Source: Myxococcales bacterium (GTDB taxonomy: Bacteria > Myxococcota > Myxococcia > Myxococcales > 40CM-4-68-19). Taken from it: a stretch of DNA of 64,000 nucleotides. Shown piece by piece: positions 27,801-34,601 of this stretch (position 1 is the first letter of the stretch; every line of letters starts with the position of its first letter). The notes beneath the pieces are model-generated. The model was not told where the DNA came from and searched no databases. It saw only the letters and a program-made list of their open reading frames with translations. Location: NCBI GenBank assembly GCA_038231075.1, contig JBBRMA010000001.1:278420-342419 (forward strand). Direction: 5' to 3'. A program made the translations under genes and the position numbers.

Positions 27801-30275
27801 GCCCGCGCCGCCAAGCCCTGTGACCACGCCGGTCACGTTGAAGAAGGGATTGGTGCTGCAAGTGATGGGCACGACGACGTCGCTGCCGCCGATCGCTCCG
27901 GAGGCGCCGGCGCCGGCCGTGCACGTCTGGCGCGGGCCCGCGGGCTGCGCCTTGACGGTCACCGCGTAGGTTTGCCCGGCGGTCAGCTGGTCGGCGAACG
28001 CGTAGGTGCCGTCTGCGACCACCGGCAGATCGTCACTGCCGTCGTGCCGCAGGACGAGGCCCGCGCCGCTCAGGCCCGAGACCTGCGCCTTGACCGAGAA
28101 GAAGGGCGCGCTGCCGCAGCTGACGCCGATCGAGGTGATGTTGGCCGCGCCCACCATGCCCGCGCCGCCCGCGGTGACGGCGCAGATCTGGCCGGCCGGC
28201 TGGGCCGCGATCGAGGCGGCGAAGGCCTGCCCCTCTTGCAGCGCGGTCGCGAAGGTGAAGGTGCCTGCGGCCGAGAGGTGCAGGTCGTCGCCGCCGTTGT
28301 CGCGCAGGACCAGGCCCGGCGCGGCCAGGCCGACGACGCGGCCGCCGATGGTGAACGACGGGTTGTCGGCGCAGGTGACGCCGATCGAGCTCACGTCGGC
28401 GGTGCCGACCACGCCGCTGCCCTGCGAGATGGTGCAGGTCTGCAGCGGCGCGGCTGGCTGCGTGAGCACGGTGATGCGGAAGGGCACGTTTTCTTGAAGC
28501 TGCGTCGGGAAGGTGAAGCTGCCGTTGGCGGCGATGGGCAGGTCGTCGCCGCCGTCGTCGCGCAGGACCAGGCCCGAGCCGCGCAGGCCGAGAACGGTGC
28601 CGCCGATGGAGAGGAAGGGGCTGCCCTGGCAGGTGACGAGGATGGTGGCGACGTCGGCCGCGCCCACCGTGCCTTCGCCATCGCTGACGGTGCAGATCTG
28701 GTAGGGCCCGAAGGGCTGCGCCGCGACGCTCACCGAGAAGCTCTGCGTGCCTTGCAGCGTGGTCGGGAAGGCGAAGGCGCCGTTCTGCGAGATGGTCAGA
28801 TCATCGCCGCCGTTGTCGTGCAGCACCAGCCCCTGGCCGGCGAGGCCGCTCACCGTGCCGCCCACGGCGAAGTAGGGGTTCGCGGTGCAACTGACGGCGA
28901 TGGTCGTGATGTGGTCCTGGGCGACGACGCCGCTGCCCGCGTCCACCGTGCAGGTCTGGAGCGGGCCCGTGGGCTGGGACTTGACGGTGACCGAGTAGGG
29001 CAGGCCGCTCTGGACGCCGGTGTCGAAGGCGAAGTCGCCGTTGGCGGTGACGGGCAGGTCGTCGCCGAGCTCGTTTTGCAGGATCAGGCCGCTGCCCGCG
29101 AGGCCAGAGACCGTGCCGCCGATGTCGAAGAACGGGTCGGTCGTGCAGAGCACCGAGACAGAGCTGACGCCGCTCGGCCCGACGCTGCCGGTGTCCGCGC
29201 TCACGGTGCAGGTCTGGTTCGGCGCGGTCGGCTGGTGGCCGACGGTGATCGCGTAGGGCGCGCCGACGAAGAGCGCGCCGAGGAACTGGAACGAGCCCTC
29301 GGCGAGGACGGGCAGGGGGTCGCCGCCGTTGTCGAGCAGCACGAGGCCGCTGCCGCGCAGGCCCTGGACGGTTCCGCCGACCGGCACCGTGGGCGGGGTT
29401 CCGCAATCGACGGACAGGGAGACGGGTCCTGCGCCCATCACGCCCGAGCCGGCCTGCACGGCGCAGAACTGCCCCGCGGGCTGCGTCTTCACCGTCACCG
29501 AGTAACGCGCGCCCTGCTGCACCTTGCGCGAGAAGGTGAAGCTGGTCGCGCCCGGGTCGAGGTGCACGATGTCCTCGAGCAGGTCGGCGAGCGAAAGGCC
29601 TGCGCCCGTCAGGCCTGTCACCTTGCCGGAGACCGCGAACGAGGGGGCGTCGGCGCAGGTGATGGAGATGGGCTTGCCCGCGTCGCCCACCGCGCCGACC
29701 GCGTTGGCGATGGCGCAGATCTGCAGCGGGCTCGTCGGCTGGCGCTTGATGGTGACCTCGTAGGGCGCGCCCCTGGCGAGCTGGGTGGCGAAGTTGAAGC
29801 TGGTCGCGCCCGCGGGGAGCGGCAGGTCGTCGCCGCCGTTGTTTTGCAAGAGGAGCCCGACGCCCGCGAGGCCGCTGACGGCGCCGCTGACGGCCGTCGG
29901 CTCGCCGGTCAGGCAGCGCACCTGGATGTCGATGACGTCCACCAGCGCCACCGCGCCCTGCGCGCCCGAGATGGTGCAGGTCTGCACGGGACTTTTCGGC
30001 TGCTGGAAGACGGTGATCACGTAGGACGCGCCGGGCAAAAGCCGCGTCGAGAAGGTGAACGGCTGGTTGGCGCCGATGCGCAGATCGTCGCCGCCCGAGT
30101 TGCGCAGGATGAGGCCGCTGCCGACCAGCCCCTGCACCGTGCCGCCGACGGAGTGGCCCTGGGCGCCGCCGTCGAAGCGGCCGAGGTCGATGTTGGTCGT
30201 GCCTCCGCAGCCCGCGGCGAGGGCGGCCAGGGTCAGCGTGGCGAGCGTGCGGTGGTGGGTGCGGCGCTGCTTCAT
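21837..30275 (-). CDS. Giant (2812 aa) lipoprotein: about 26 tandem ~88-aa Cys-bracketed repeats plus a ~476-aa C-terminal beta-propeller-like (SBBP-like) region
   Basis: Lipobox LAALAAGCGG. Repeat consensus F.VGGTVSGL.G.GLVL.NNGGDDL.V.ANG.FTF.T.L..G..Y.VTV..QP..P.QTCTV..GSG.VG.A.V..I.V.C. The C-terminus has motifs like GDLFAGGNFTGSADLG, MFLARLTNAGAIVWVRHFG, AFVVKY, GNVYAAGAYSG and AWLARF. Uninterrupted ORF with strong GC3. Confidence 0.9.
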   Translation of the reverse strand: MKQRRTHHRTLATLTLAALAAGCGGTTNIDLGRFDGGAQGHSVGGTVQGLVGSGLILRNSGGDDLRIGANQPFTFSTRLLPGASYVITVFQQPKSPVQTCTISGAQGAVALVDVIDIQVRCLTGEPTAVSGAVSGLAGVGLLLQNNGGDDLPLPAGATSFNFATQLARGAPYEVTIKRQPTSPLQICAIANAVGAVGDAGKPISITCADAPSFAVSGKVTGLTGAGLSLADLLEDIVHLDPGATSFTFSRKVQQGARYSVTVKTQPAGQFCAVQAGSGVMGAGPVSLSVDCGTPPTVPVGGTVQGLRGSGLVLLDNGGDPLPVLAEGSFQFLGALFVGAPYAITVGHQPTAPNQTCTVSADTGSVGPSGVSSVSVLCTTDPFFDIGGTVSGLAGSGLILQNELGDDLPVTANGDFAFDTGVQSGLPYSVTVKSQPTGPLQTCTVDAGSGVVAQDHITTIAVSCTANPYFAVGGTVSGLAGQGLVLHDNGGDDLTISQNGAFAFPTTLQGTQSFSVSVAAQPFGPYQICTVSDGEGTVGAADVATILVTCQGSPFLSIGGTVLGLRGSGLVLRDDGGDDLPIAANGSFTFPTQLQENVPFRITVLTQPAAPLQTCTISQGSGVVGTADVSSIGVTCADNPSFTIGGRVVGLAAPGLVLRDNGGDDLHLSAAGTFTFATALQEGQAFAASIAAQPAGQICAVTAGGAGMVGAANITSIGVSCGSAPFFSVKAQVSGLSGAGLVLRHDGSDDLPVVADGTYAFADQLTAGQTYAVTVKAQPAGPRQTCTAGAGASGAIGGSDVVVPITCSTNPFFNVTGVVTGLGGAGLVLLDNGADPLPLVQNGSFTFATQLQGGQPYAVSVATQPGSPLQICSVSGGRGTVGSADVTGVIVSCQTSPFFLIGGVAHGVAGAGLVVQEDGGGDVPLAADGLFIFTGLLQAGQSYSVTIKSQPANPFQTCTLTNGSGIVARNVTNIQLTCVTTPSFTVGGTVTGLTGAGLVLLDNGADALAVSQDGAFTFATPVQTSRPYSVSVQTQPSGPVQSCALTNRAGTMGGSAIGSVAVVCTTSAFTVGGSVTGLPAGSSVTLLNDGFDARTVAGSGTGAAPVAFLFGVPVASGRSYAAVQTATSGPVSCSVTAGANGAVTNGNLTAIQVTCVPAFTLSGTLSGVAGTGLVLTNSTTGEALAIAKAATTFAFARPVTQAQGYSISATSQPAAPTQSCTPSPQAGNPAANVTTLAFTCATTGFTVGGSVTGLPSGSSVTLLDNGADSLTVNGAGTGAAAVPFTFAAPVPSGATFAATVVSASGPVSCRVSAGGSGTIAAANVSTVQIACVPTFAISGAISSVTGGGLVLKNGPTGETLSIAAGQTAFAFTQRVTQAQGYAVSVVAQPSSPAQVCGVSGASPKPASGNPAADVTTLALLCATSSFVVGGQVNGLPATATVTLQNGADTKVVTGSGTGAAPIAFTFPALVGSGEGYSVSVSSQAGPVSCRVASGGNGTVAGAAVGNVQIACAPAFSLSGTVAGYAATGLQITSTTTGETLTVAGGATTLAFTRLVTQAQGFSLSVTAQPTAPTQSCNVLPASGSPSANVSNLAVTCATTGFSVGGTVAGLPAGASVTLLDNGADPLTVGGASDGSAPIAFAFATAVKSGQGYAAAVSSSAGPVLCSVASGGSGTIAAAPVANVAIACSPAFSLAGTIAGYAGAGLSLKNNATGETVAIAQGATSFAFSKLFTQKQGYALAVTAQPTVPSQACAVLPSSPAFPAGNPAANVANLVVTCATTAFSIGGAVTGLPAGASVTLLNNGADSRTVNGSGTGATPVGFNFVTALPGGQTYAAALVSSTGPVSCALSAGSGSVVAANINTIQVACAPGFTIAGTIAGYSGASLQLVNATSGEIVPIAQGQTAFSFKRPVSQAQGYAIAARQQPVNPSQSCAQSPGSPSPAAGNPSANVTDLALTCTTSRFTVGGVINGLAIGTSVQLQQSGGDDLHVSVAMPRYPFFNFATPLPSGQSYRVTVKSQPPGQVCALRAGTDIGLVGSGNVTSAIIDCAPSHTLSGTVSGLVGAGLVLTNGGDVVAVPAAAGAEVPFSFPTQIGEGAAYRVNVSAEPGAPAQACVASGGNSGNFDGSGTMGQADDGSIAISCGTPAWRVGGQVIGLATGASVAMALLDNSGDQLVLSGSASSTGAAIPFQFATPVRQGLAYSVTVQTPPSGLACIVRNGSGTVGTADVTSPRVICGYAVAGTFDTSVAAGAAGQLPSSGLALQDTLAFAAGPFNDTEALAVPSGAATFAFAEPIPRGGSCALAVTAQPKGPAQVCTVSAASGCTGGAVAGPIAAKIRCLQQLELVAFPGATGSALAVGADSSGDLFAGGNFTGSADLGHGVRAGSTFSSAGSGFALGLDPNGARGALASPASASWDRLFPATSAVPNAGSARVRAVAVAPSGDALIGGSFTGSVDFGDGAGAVSVGAVESMFLARLTNAGAIVWVRHFGAGAIGSLATSGTAVLAGGVYSAAAGGAENFGAAACALTAASAHRDFAARFDLAAGGCGFAIDLAAGADPASATARLGPAVALDSLGSTVAAGNAADSSGLTALAAPYLATFDAAGKNGCFAGGLANEIFRDAAAQAHDQVTSVAVGASDAIFVSGFCQASPKLHNVAVACGASASSAFVVKYLARASCAGSQLVGPQSGAPLAVIASAGSSKALALDTDAAGNVYAAGAYSGTPSLAGVALLAGSATEAQNAWLARFPAALTAPTVEAINATGPMLVTGVTAGAAGSAWVSGAYAGSVSYKGATALGSTAAAQEPMLVRFPQGPP
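23268..30155 (-). repeat. In-frame coding tandem repeats of the giant lipoprotein: 12 single units (30155-27075), 5 A/B double units of ~536 nt (27074-24396), and 4 divergent units (24395-23268)
   Basis: Recurrent DNA blocks such as ggcgccgttgtcgagcagcgtgac...ggcaggccggtgac...gcgcaggtgac near 24875, 25411, 25936, 26478 and 27010 (spacing ~530-540 nt). Unit boundaries were read from the F-x-V/L-G/S-G motif. Confidence 0.85.
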
Positions 30276-30285
30276 CGTGCCCGGT

Positions 30286-31602
30286 TCACGAGGTCGCGAG
30301 CGCGCCGGTGACGACCGCGCCGCCGGAGATGTTCTGGTCGAGGACGGCCGGGTCCACGCCCGTCGCCACGCCGAGCGTCTTGCCCACCGCGGCCAGCGTC
30401 TGCGCGAAGCTGATGTCGCCCTTGTCGCCGGCCACTCCGGCGCCTGTGCGCGAGTCGATCGACTGGGCGCGGTAGTCGTTGTTCTTCGGCTCGACGCCGC
30501 CGACGACGGTGCCCTTGAACGGCTTGCCGATCAGCACCATGCAGTGGTGGTCGCCGTGGTGGTTCCGGCCGTTGTCCGAGTTGACCAGCGTCCTGCCAAA
30601 GACGTTGAGCGACATGAACGTCACGCGGTCCTGCATGCCGGTGGCCTGCAGCTGCGCCATGAGATTGGCGATGGTCTGTACGCCGGCGACGTGCTGCTTG
30701 GTCTCGTTGGCGAGCAGCGTGTCGGTGTGGTTGTCGCCGCCAAACGGGATGGTGATGCCGACCACCGGCGAGACGTTCATGCGGATGAGCGTCAGCGCCG
30801 CCGTCGCCTGCGAGTCGGGGCTGTTGTCCTTGATTGCAGAGAGGGTGCTGAGGAGGCTCGCCGAGACGTTGCGCGCCTGCGTTTGCGACGTGGCGTAGCG
30901 GTCGAGGAACGATCGCTGGGCGGCGGTCCCTTCGGCCTTGTAGAGCGCGTTGAGGCGATTGAGATCGGCGTCGCGCAGGGCCTGCAAGCGGCCCAGTGCT
31001 CCCTGCGGCGCGGCCAGGAGCGAGGCCAGCGCGGTCGGCGCCAGCACGGGCTGCGGGCGGCCGCCGTAGGTGAGCGTCGGTCCCATCGAGATGGGCTCGG
31101 ACTGCACCGTGCCCAGACAGCCCGCGAGGTTCTGCGCGAGCAGCGAGACCAGCATCTCCTGGTGCGAGACGGCGTTCTCGAGCCGCAGCACCTTGCCGAT
31201 GTCGGGATGCACGACGGTATAGGTGCCGTGGTGGAAGAAGCAGGTCCGGTCGAGCACGGTCTGGGGCAGCCCCTGCGCCCACGGCTTTGCCGCGGTGTAC
31301 GCCTGGCCCGAGAGGGTCATCGGCGTCGGCGCCATCAGCGGGTCCTGCGAGTGCGAGATGTCTGCGAACGCGAAGGTGCCCGGCACGTTGGCGTTGAGCG
31401 GATCGCCGTTCCCGGACGAGGTGAAGATGATGTACTGCGCCGCCGCGTTCGAGGCGCAGCCAGGGCCGCCGGCGGCCAGCGCCTTGCGCGGGTTGGCCAG
31501 CACCGCCATCGGGATGCCTGAGGCCAACGAGCGCAGCCCGAGCAGGCCCGCGCCGAAGAGCGACTTCATCAGCACGTCGCGCCGCGTGACCGGAAGCTTC
31601 AT
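30286..31602 (-). CDS. Tat-signal protein resembling the DUF1552 (HXXSHH) family
   Basis: MKLPVTRRDVLMKSLFGAGLLGL leader. FGGDNHTD and GRNHHGDHH (HxxDHH) motifs. ATG 31602 overlaps the upstream stop (ATGA). Family assignment is from memory of the Planctomycete/Myxobacterial DUF1552 pattern, not from a search. Confidence 0.65.
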   Translation of the reverse strand: MKLPVTRRDVLMKSLFGAGLLGLRSLASGIPMAVLANPRKALAAGGPGCASNAAAQYIIFTSSGNGDPLNANVPGTFAFADISHSQDPLMAPTPMTLSGQAYTAAKPWAQGLPQTVLDRTCFFHHGTYTVVHPDIGKVLRLENAVSHQEMLVSLLAQNLAGCLGTVQSEPISMGPTLTYGGRPQPVLAPTALASLLAAPQGALGRLQALRDADLNRLNALYKAEGTAAQRSFLDRYATSQTQARNVSASLLSTLSAIKDNSPDSQATAALTLIRMNVSPVVGITIPFGGDNHTDTLLANETKQHVAGVQTIANLMAQLQATGMQDRVTFMSLNVFGRTLVNSDNGRNHHGDHHCMVLIGKPFKGTVVGGVEPKNNDYRAQSIDSRTGAGVAGDKGDISFAQTLAAVGKTLGVATGVDPAVLDQNISGGAVVTGALATS

Positions 31603-33818
31603 TGTCCGACTCCCACGACCGACGGCGACAGGCAGGCGAGCACGAAGGTGGACTTGAGCGCGTCGCTCGCCGTCTCGCCGGCCGCCTTGGCGGAGCTGAA
31701 GTGGCCCGTGAGCAGGGCGATGCGCGAGGCGTCGCGGTCGCCGGTGATGCCCATCAGGGTGTGGACCATCTCGCCGATGGCCGCGTCGGGCGCGGTGCTC
31801 TGGTACTTGCCGCCGGTGTCGACGAACTGCTGCGCCAGCGCGGCGCAGATGTTCTCGGTGCCGGTGCGGAAGACGAGCGACGGGTCGTTGGCCAGGACCG
31901 CTCCCTCGGCGCCGCGGCTGTACTGGTCCGAAGGAAGCACGCTGGCGATGGTCTTGATGACGCGGAGGTTCGGCGGCAGGTTCGTGTTCACGTCCAGGCC
32001 GCAGATGTCGGCCTGGGGCAGGCGGCTCGAGAGCGCCGCGCACAAGTGGTCGCGCCGGGTGAGCGGGAAGGTCTGGCCGACCGTGTCAGCCGTCTGGCTC
32101 TCTTGCCGGTAGGTGACCAGCGGCGAGGAGAAGAGCTCGCGCACCAGCACACGCCACGAGTAGTTGCTGCTCTGGAAGGCGTTGGCGATGCGCTGGAACT
32201 CGGGGTCTGTCTGATCGCACACGGCCGAGGTCGCGTACGTGCAGAGCTTCTGCGTCCAGGCCGAGGTGAACATCGGATGGCCCGCGATGGCCGCGCCCAG
32301 GTCGAAGATCGACGACCACTGATCGCTGATGTCGTGGAAGGCGAACTGGGGCGGCAGGTTCATCTGCGCGGCCACCGTCTGCTGGTGGAAGTGCAGGCTG
32401 TACGTCTGGCGGAAGAACTGCCGCATCGGATCGAGCGACTGGTGGCACGCATAGCAAGCGGTGCCAGGCGCGGCGTGCTGCTGGTCGAGCGCGGCGAGGC
32501 TCATCGGCGCCGTCGTGTTGCTCGGGTCGATGGCCTTCCCCAGGCCGACGATCAGGGTCTGGTTCAGCGTCACGCGGGCGACGTTGCTCTGGTTGGTCTG
32601 CCAGGCGGCGAAGAAGGCGGGCGTCGTGAAGTAGCTCACGCGCGGGACGTTCAGGACCAGCTCGGTCGCGTTGCGCAGCGCGGGCAGGTCGTAGAACCTG
32701 GTCGGCGTCTCGGCGCCCACCGGCGGCCTGACATTGACCATCTGCCAGGTGGTAAAGTCGGTCGCGGCGAAGACGCTGGCGCTCCCGGGCGGAACGCAGG
32801 TGTGGTTGGTGCCGTCGGTGAGCTTGATGTTGAAGTTCTGCCCCTGCCCGCGCAGCGCCCCGAAGTAGAGCTGCGCCGAGGTGGCGCCTGCGTAGACGAT
32901 GTTGTCGGTGGGGCAGGCCGCGTCGTAGACCGGCGTCTTGGCCAGGTTCGGATTGTACCACTGCATGAACGTCGCGGCGTTGGTCGAGTCGAGCGACTGC
33001 GCCGGCGTCAGGACGGTCGACGACTCCATTGTGTAGCTGAAGGTCGGGTTGGCCTTCTGCCAGGTGTCGGTCAGCCGGTTGTTGTCGTCGATGAGCTGGG
33101 TGTCGACAAAGGCGTAGAGCGACATCAGGCGCGGCGTGAGCATGAAGCTGCGGGTGGTCAGCACGTCGGTGAAGGGCCGGCCCTGGGCAATGATGGCCTG
33201 CGCGGTGCGCGCGAAGCTCTCGCGCAGCGCCTGGAGCACGCGCGCGTCGTCGGCGTCGGCGCCCTGGTCGGCGAAGTCGTTGGCGGTCACCTGCGTCTGC
33301 TGGAAGGCGGTGGCGAAGAAGGAGCGCATCTTGGTGTCGTATTGGGGCAGGGCGACCCACTGGTCGACGAGCGTCTTGAGCGCGGCAGGGTTCGCCGCGA
33401 CCGCCGCGACTTCGTCGTTGCTTGGCGGCAGACCGACCAGCAGCGTCTTCACCTTGGCCACCGCGGCCGAGACGCCGATGGGCGTGAAGACAGGCCCGCC
33501 ATCGCCTCCGCCCGCGAGCACGCCGCCGTCGGCGCCAGCGTCAACGCCTGCGTCGGAGCCCTCGCCGGTGCCGGCGTCGCCGTCGTCGGTTCCGGCATCA
33601 GCGGCGCCTGCGTCGCTCACGGCGCCAGCGTCAGCGCCTGCGTCGGGGCTGCCTTGACCCGTGCCCGAATCGGCGGGGCCGGCGTCGGCGGCTCCCGCGT
33701 CGCCTCCCCTGGGCTGCGCAGCCGCGCTGCCGGTGTCGAGCTGGCCCGCACAGCCGCTCGCGAGCGCGACTGCGAGCGCGGCTCCCACCTGGATTGCACG
33801 GTGCGTGCGAGCTGGCAT
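31599..33818 (-). CDS. Lipoprotein with a DAG-rich linker and a DUF1585-1595 (PSD/PSCyt3-like) body carrying a CxxCH motif
   Basis: Lipobox VALASGCAG. Acidic DAGxDAG linker. CYACHQSLDPMRQFF (nt 32442-32456 encode CYACH). Its size and its pairing with a DUF1552-like gene downstream fit the known function-unknown gene pair. Confidence 0.65.
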   Translation of the reverse strand: MPARTHRAIQVGAALAVALASGCAGQLDTGSAAAQPRGGDAGAADAGPADSGTGQGSPDAGADAGAVSDAGAADAGTDDGDAGTGEGSDAGVDAGADGGVLAGGGDGGPVFTPIGVSAAVAKVKTLLVGLPPSNDEVAAVAANPAALKTLVDQWVALPQYDTKMRSFFATAFQQTQVTANDFADQGADADDARVLQALRESFARTAQAIIAQGRPFTDVLTTRSFMLTPRLMSLYAFVDTQLIDDNNRLTDTWQKANPTFSYTMESSTVLTPAQSLDSTNAATFMQWYNPNLAKTPVYDAACPTDNIVYAGATSAQLYFGALRGQGQNFNIKLTDGTNHTCVPPGSASVFAATDFTTWQMVNVRPPVGAETPTRFYDLPALRNATELVLNVPRVSYFTTPAFFAAWQTNQSNVARVTLNQTLIVGLGKAIDPSNTTAPMSLAALDQQHAAPGTACYACHQSLDPMRQFFRQTYSLHFHQQTVAAQMNLPPQFAFHDISDQWSSIFDLGAAIAGHPMFTSAWTQKLCTYATSAVCDQTDPEFQRIANAFQSSNYSWRVLVRELFSSPLVTYRQESQTADTVGQTFPLTRRDHLCAALSSRLPQADICGLDVNTNLPPNLRVIKTIASVLPSDQYSRGAEGAVLANDPSLVFRTGTENICAALAQQFVDTGGKYQSTAPDAAIGEMVHTLMGITGDRDASRIALLTGHFSSAKAAGETASDALKSTFVLACLSPSVVGVGQ

Positions 33819-34000
33819 GAGGGCCCCTCCGCGGGCCGCCGAGCCTGGACGAGGAGATCATCCCGATATCGGCAACACCGGGCGTACGATGCCCGTTCGG
33901 GGTCTGCAAGGGGGCAAAGGTGTGAGGGACCTTGGTCGGGAATCAGCGCTCGTGGAAGATTCCAGCAGGGGGCGAATCACGCGCCGCCGATGATTGGATT

Positions 34001-34029
34001 TTACAATCCGCTATTGGTAGTTTTAAAAT
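34001..34029 (+). promoter_or_regulatory. Candidate sigma-70-type promoter for the 34053 gene (TTACAA-N17-TAAAAT)
   Basis: -35-like TTACAA at 34001-34006 and -10-like TAAAAT at 34024-29, inside the most AT-rich stretch of the window. Flanked by the GGATT-N4-AATCC palindrome (33996-34009) and CTATTGG direct repeats (34011-17, 34034-40). Confidence 0.35.
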
Positions 34030-34052
34030 GATTCTATTGGGGTCCGCAGACA

Positions 34053-34577
34053 ATGCCTGACGACGACAAGCCGAAGCGCACCAAGAGCTGGCGCGAGATC
34101 GACAAGATGCGCAACAAGAGCGGCTCGTCGCAGAGAGGCGACCGCGAGGCCGAGCGCTTCCAGCAATCGACCAAGTACACGCAATACAAGACCAACCTCG
34201 ACCGGCTCTTCGGCAGCGGAGTGGCGCTGCCCGACGCGCTGGCCCAGAAGCTCGACCCGACCGGCGAGCAGGGCAAGCGCGACGAGGAGCGCAAGAAGCT
34301 CTTCGCCATCGAGGACACCAAGATCTTCAACGCCGCCGCCTCCGAGTTCCTGAAGACCAACGAGCTGCCCGACGACGCGCGGCTGCTCGACCGGCTGCTC
34401 GGCCATCCCGACGACGCCATTGTCGAGAGGGCACTCGGCCGCCTCGAGGCGCTGCACCAGGCCGGCTCGTTGAAGGCCCCGCCCGCGCTGATCAATCGGC
34501 TCGCGTCGGTGGAGATCGACACCGGCGATCGCTCGGTCCGCAATCGCGCTGCGGCTCTCCGGAACAAGCTGCGGTAG
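34053..34577 (+). CDS. Hypothetical cytoplasmic protein (Lys/Arg/Glu-rich N-terminus, helical C-terminus)
   Basis: The ORF has good GC3 and a plausible promoter. No family recognised. Confidence 0.55.
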   Translation: MPDDDKPKRTKSWREIDKMRNKSGSSQRGDREAERFQQSTKYTQYKTNLDRLFGSGVALPDALAQKLDPTGEQGKRDEERKKLFAIEDTKIFNAAASEFLKTNELPDDARLLDRLLGHPDDAIVERALGRLEALHQAGSLKAPPALINRLASVEIDTGDRSVRNRAAALRNKLR

Positions 34578-34601
34578 CGGTCTCTGGCCGCCGCACGCCG
34601 G

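Noticed and set aside
23268-30155. Regular ~260-540-nt periodicity, considered as a possible CRISPR or non-coding satellite array
   Set aside because: The repeats are long, degenerate, contiguous without unique spacers, and stay in frame within a single 8.4-kb ORF. They are protein-domain repeats.
22323-30311. Two very long plus-strand ORFs (22323..25850, 1175 aa; 26142..30311, 1389 aa) opposite the giant minus-strand gene
   Set aside because: Their Arg/Gly/Ala/Asp-dominated translations (e.g. RGGEGKGDGCAAVRGASHRE...) have no motifs or signals, which is typical of antisense frames in very GC-rich DNA. The minus-strand frame gives a coherent repeat protein with a lipobox.
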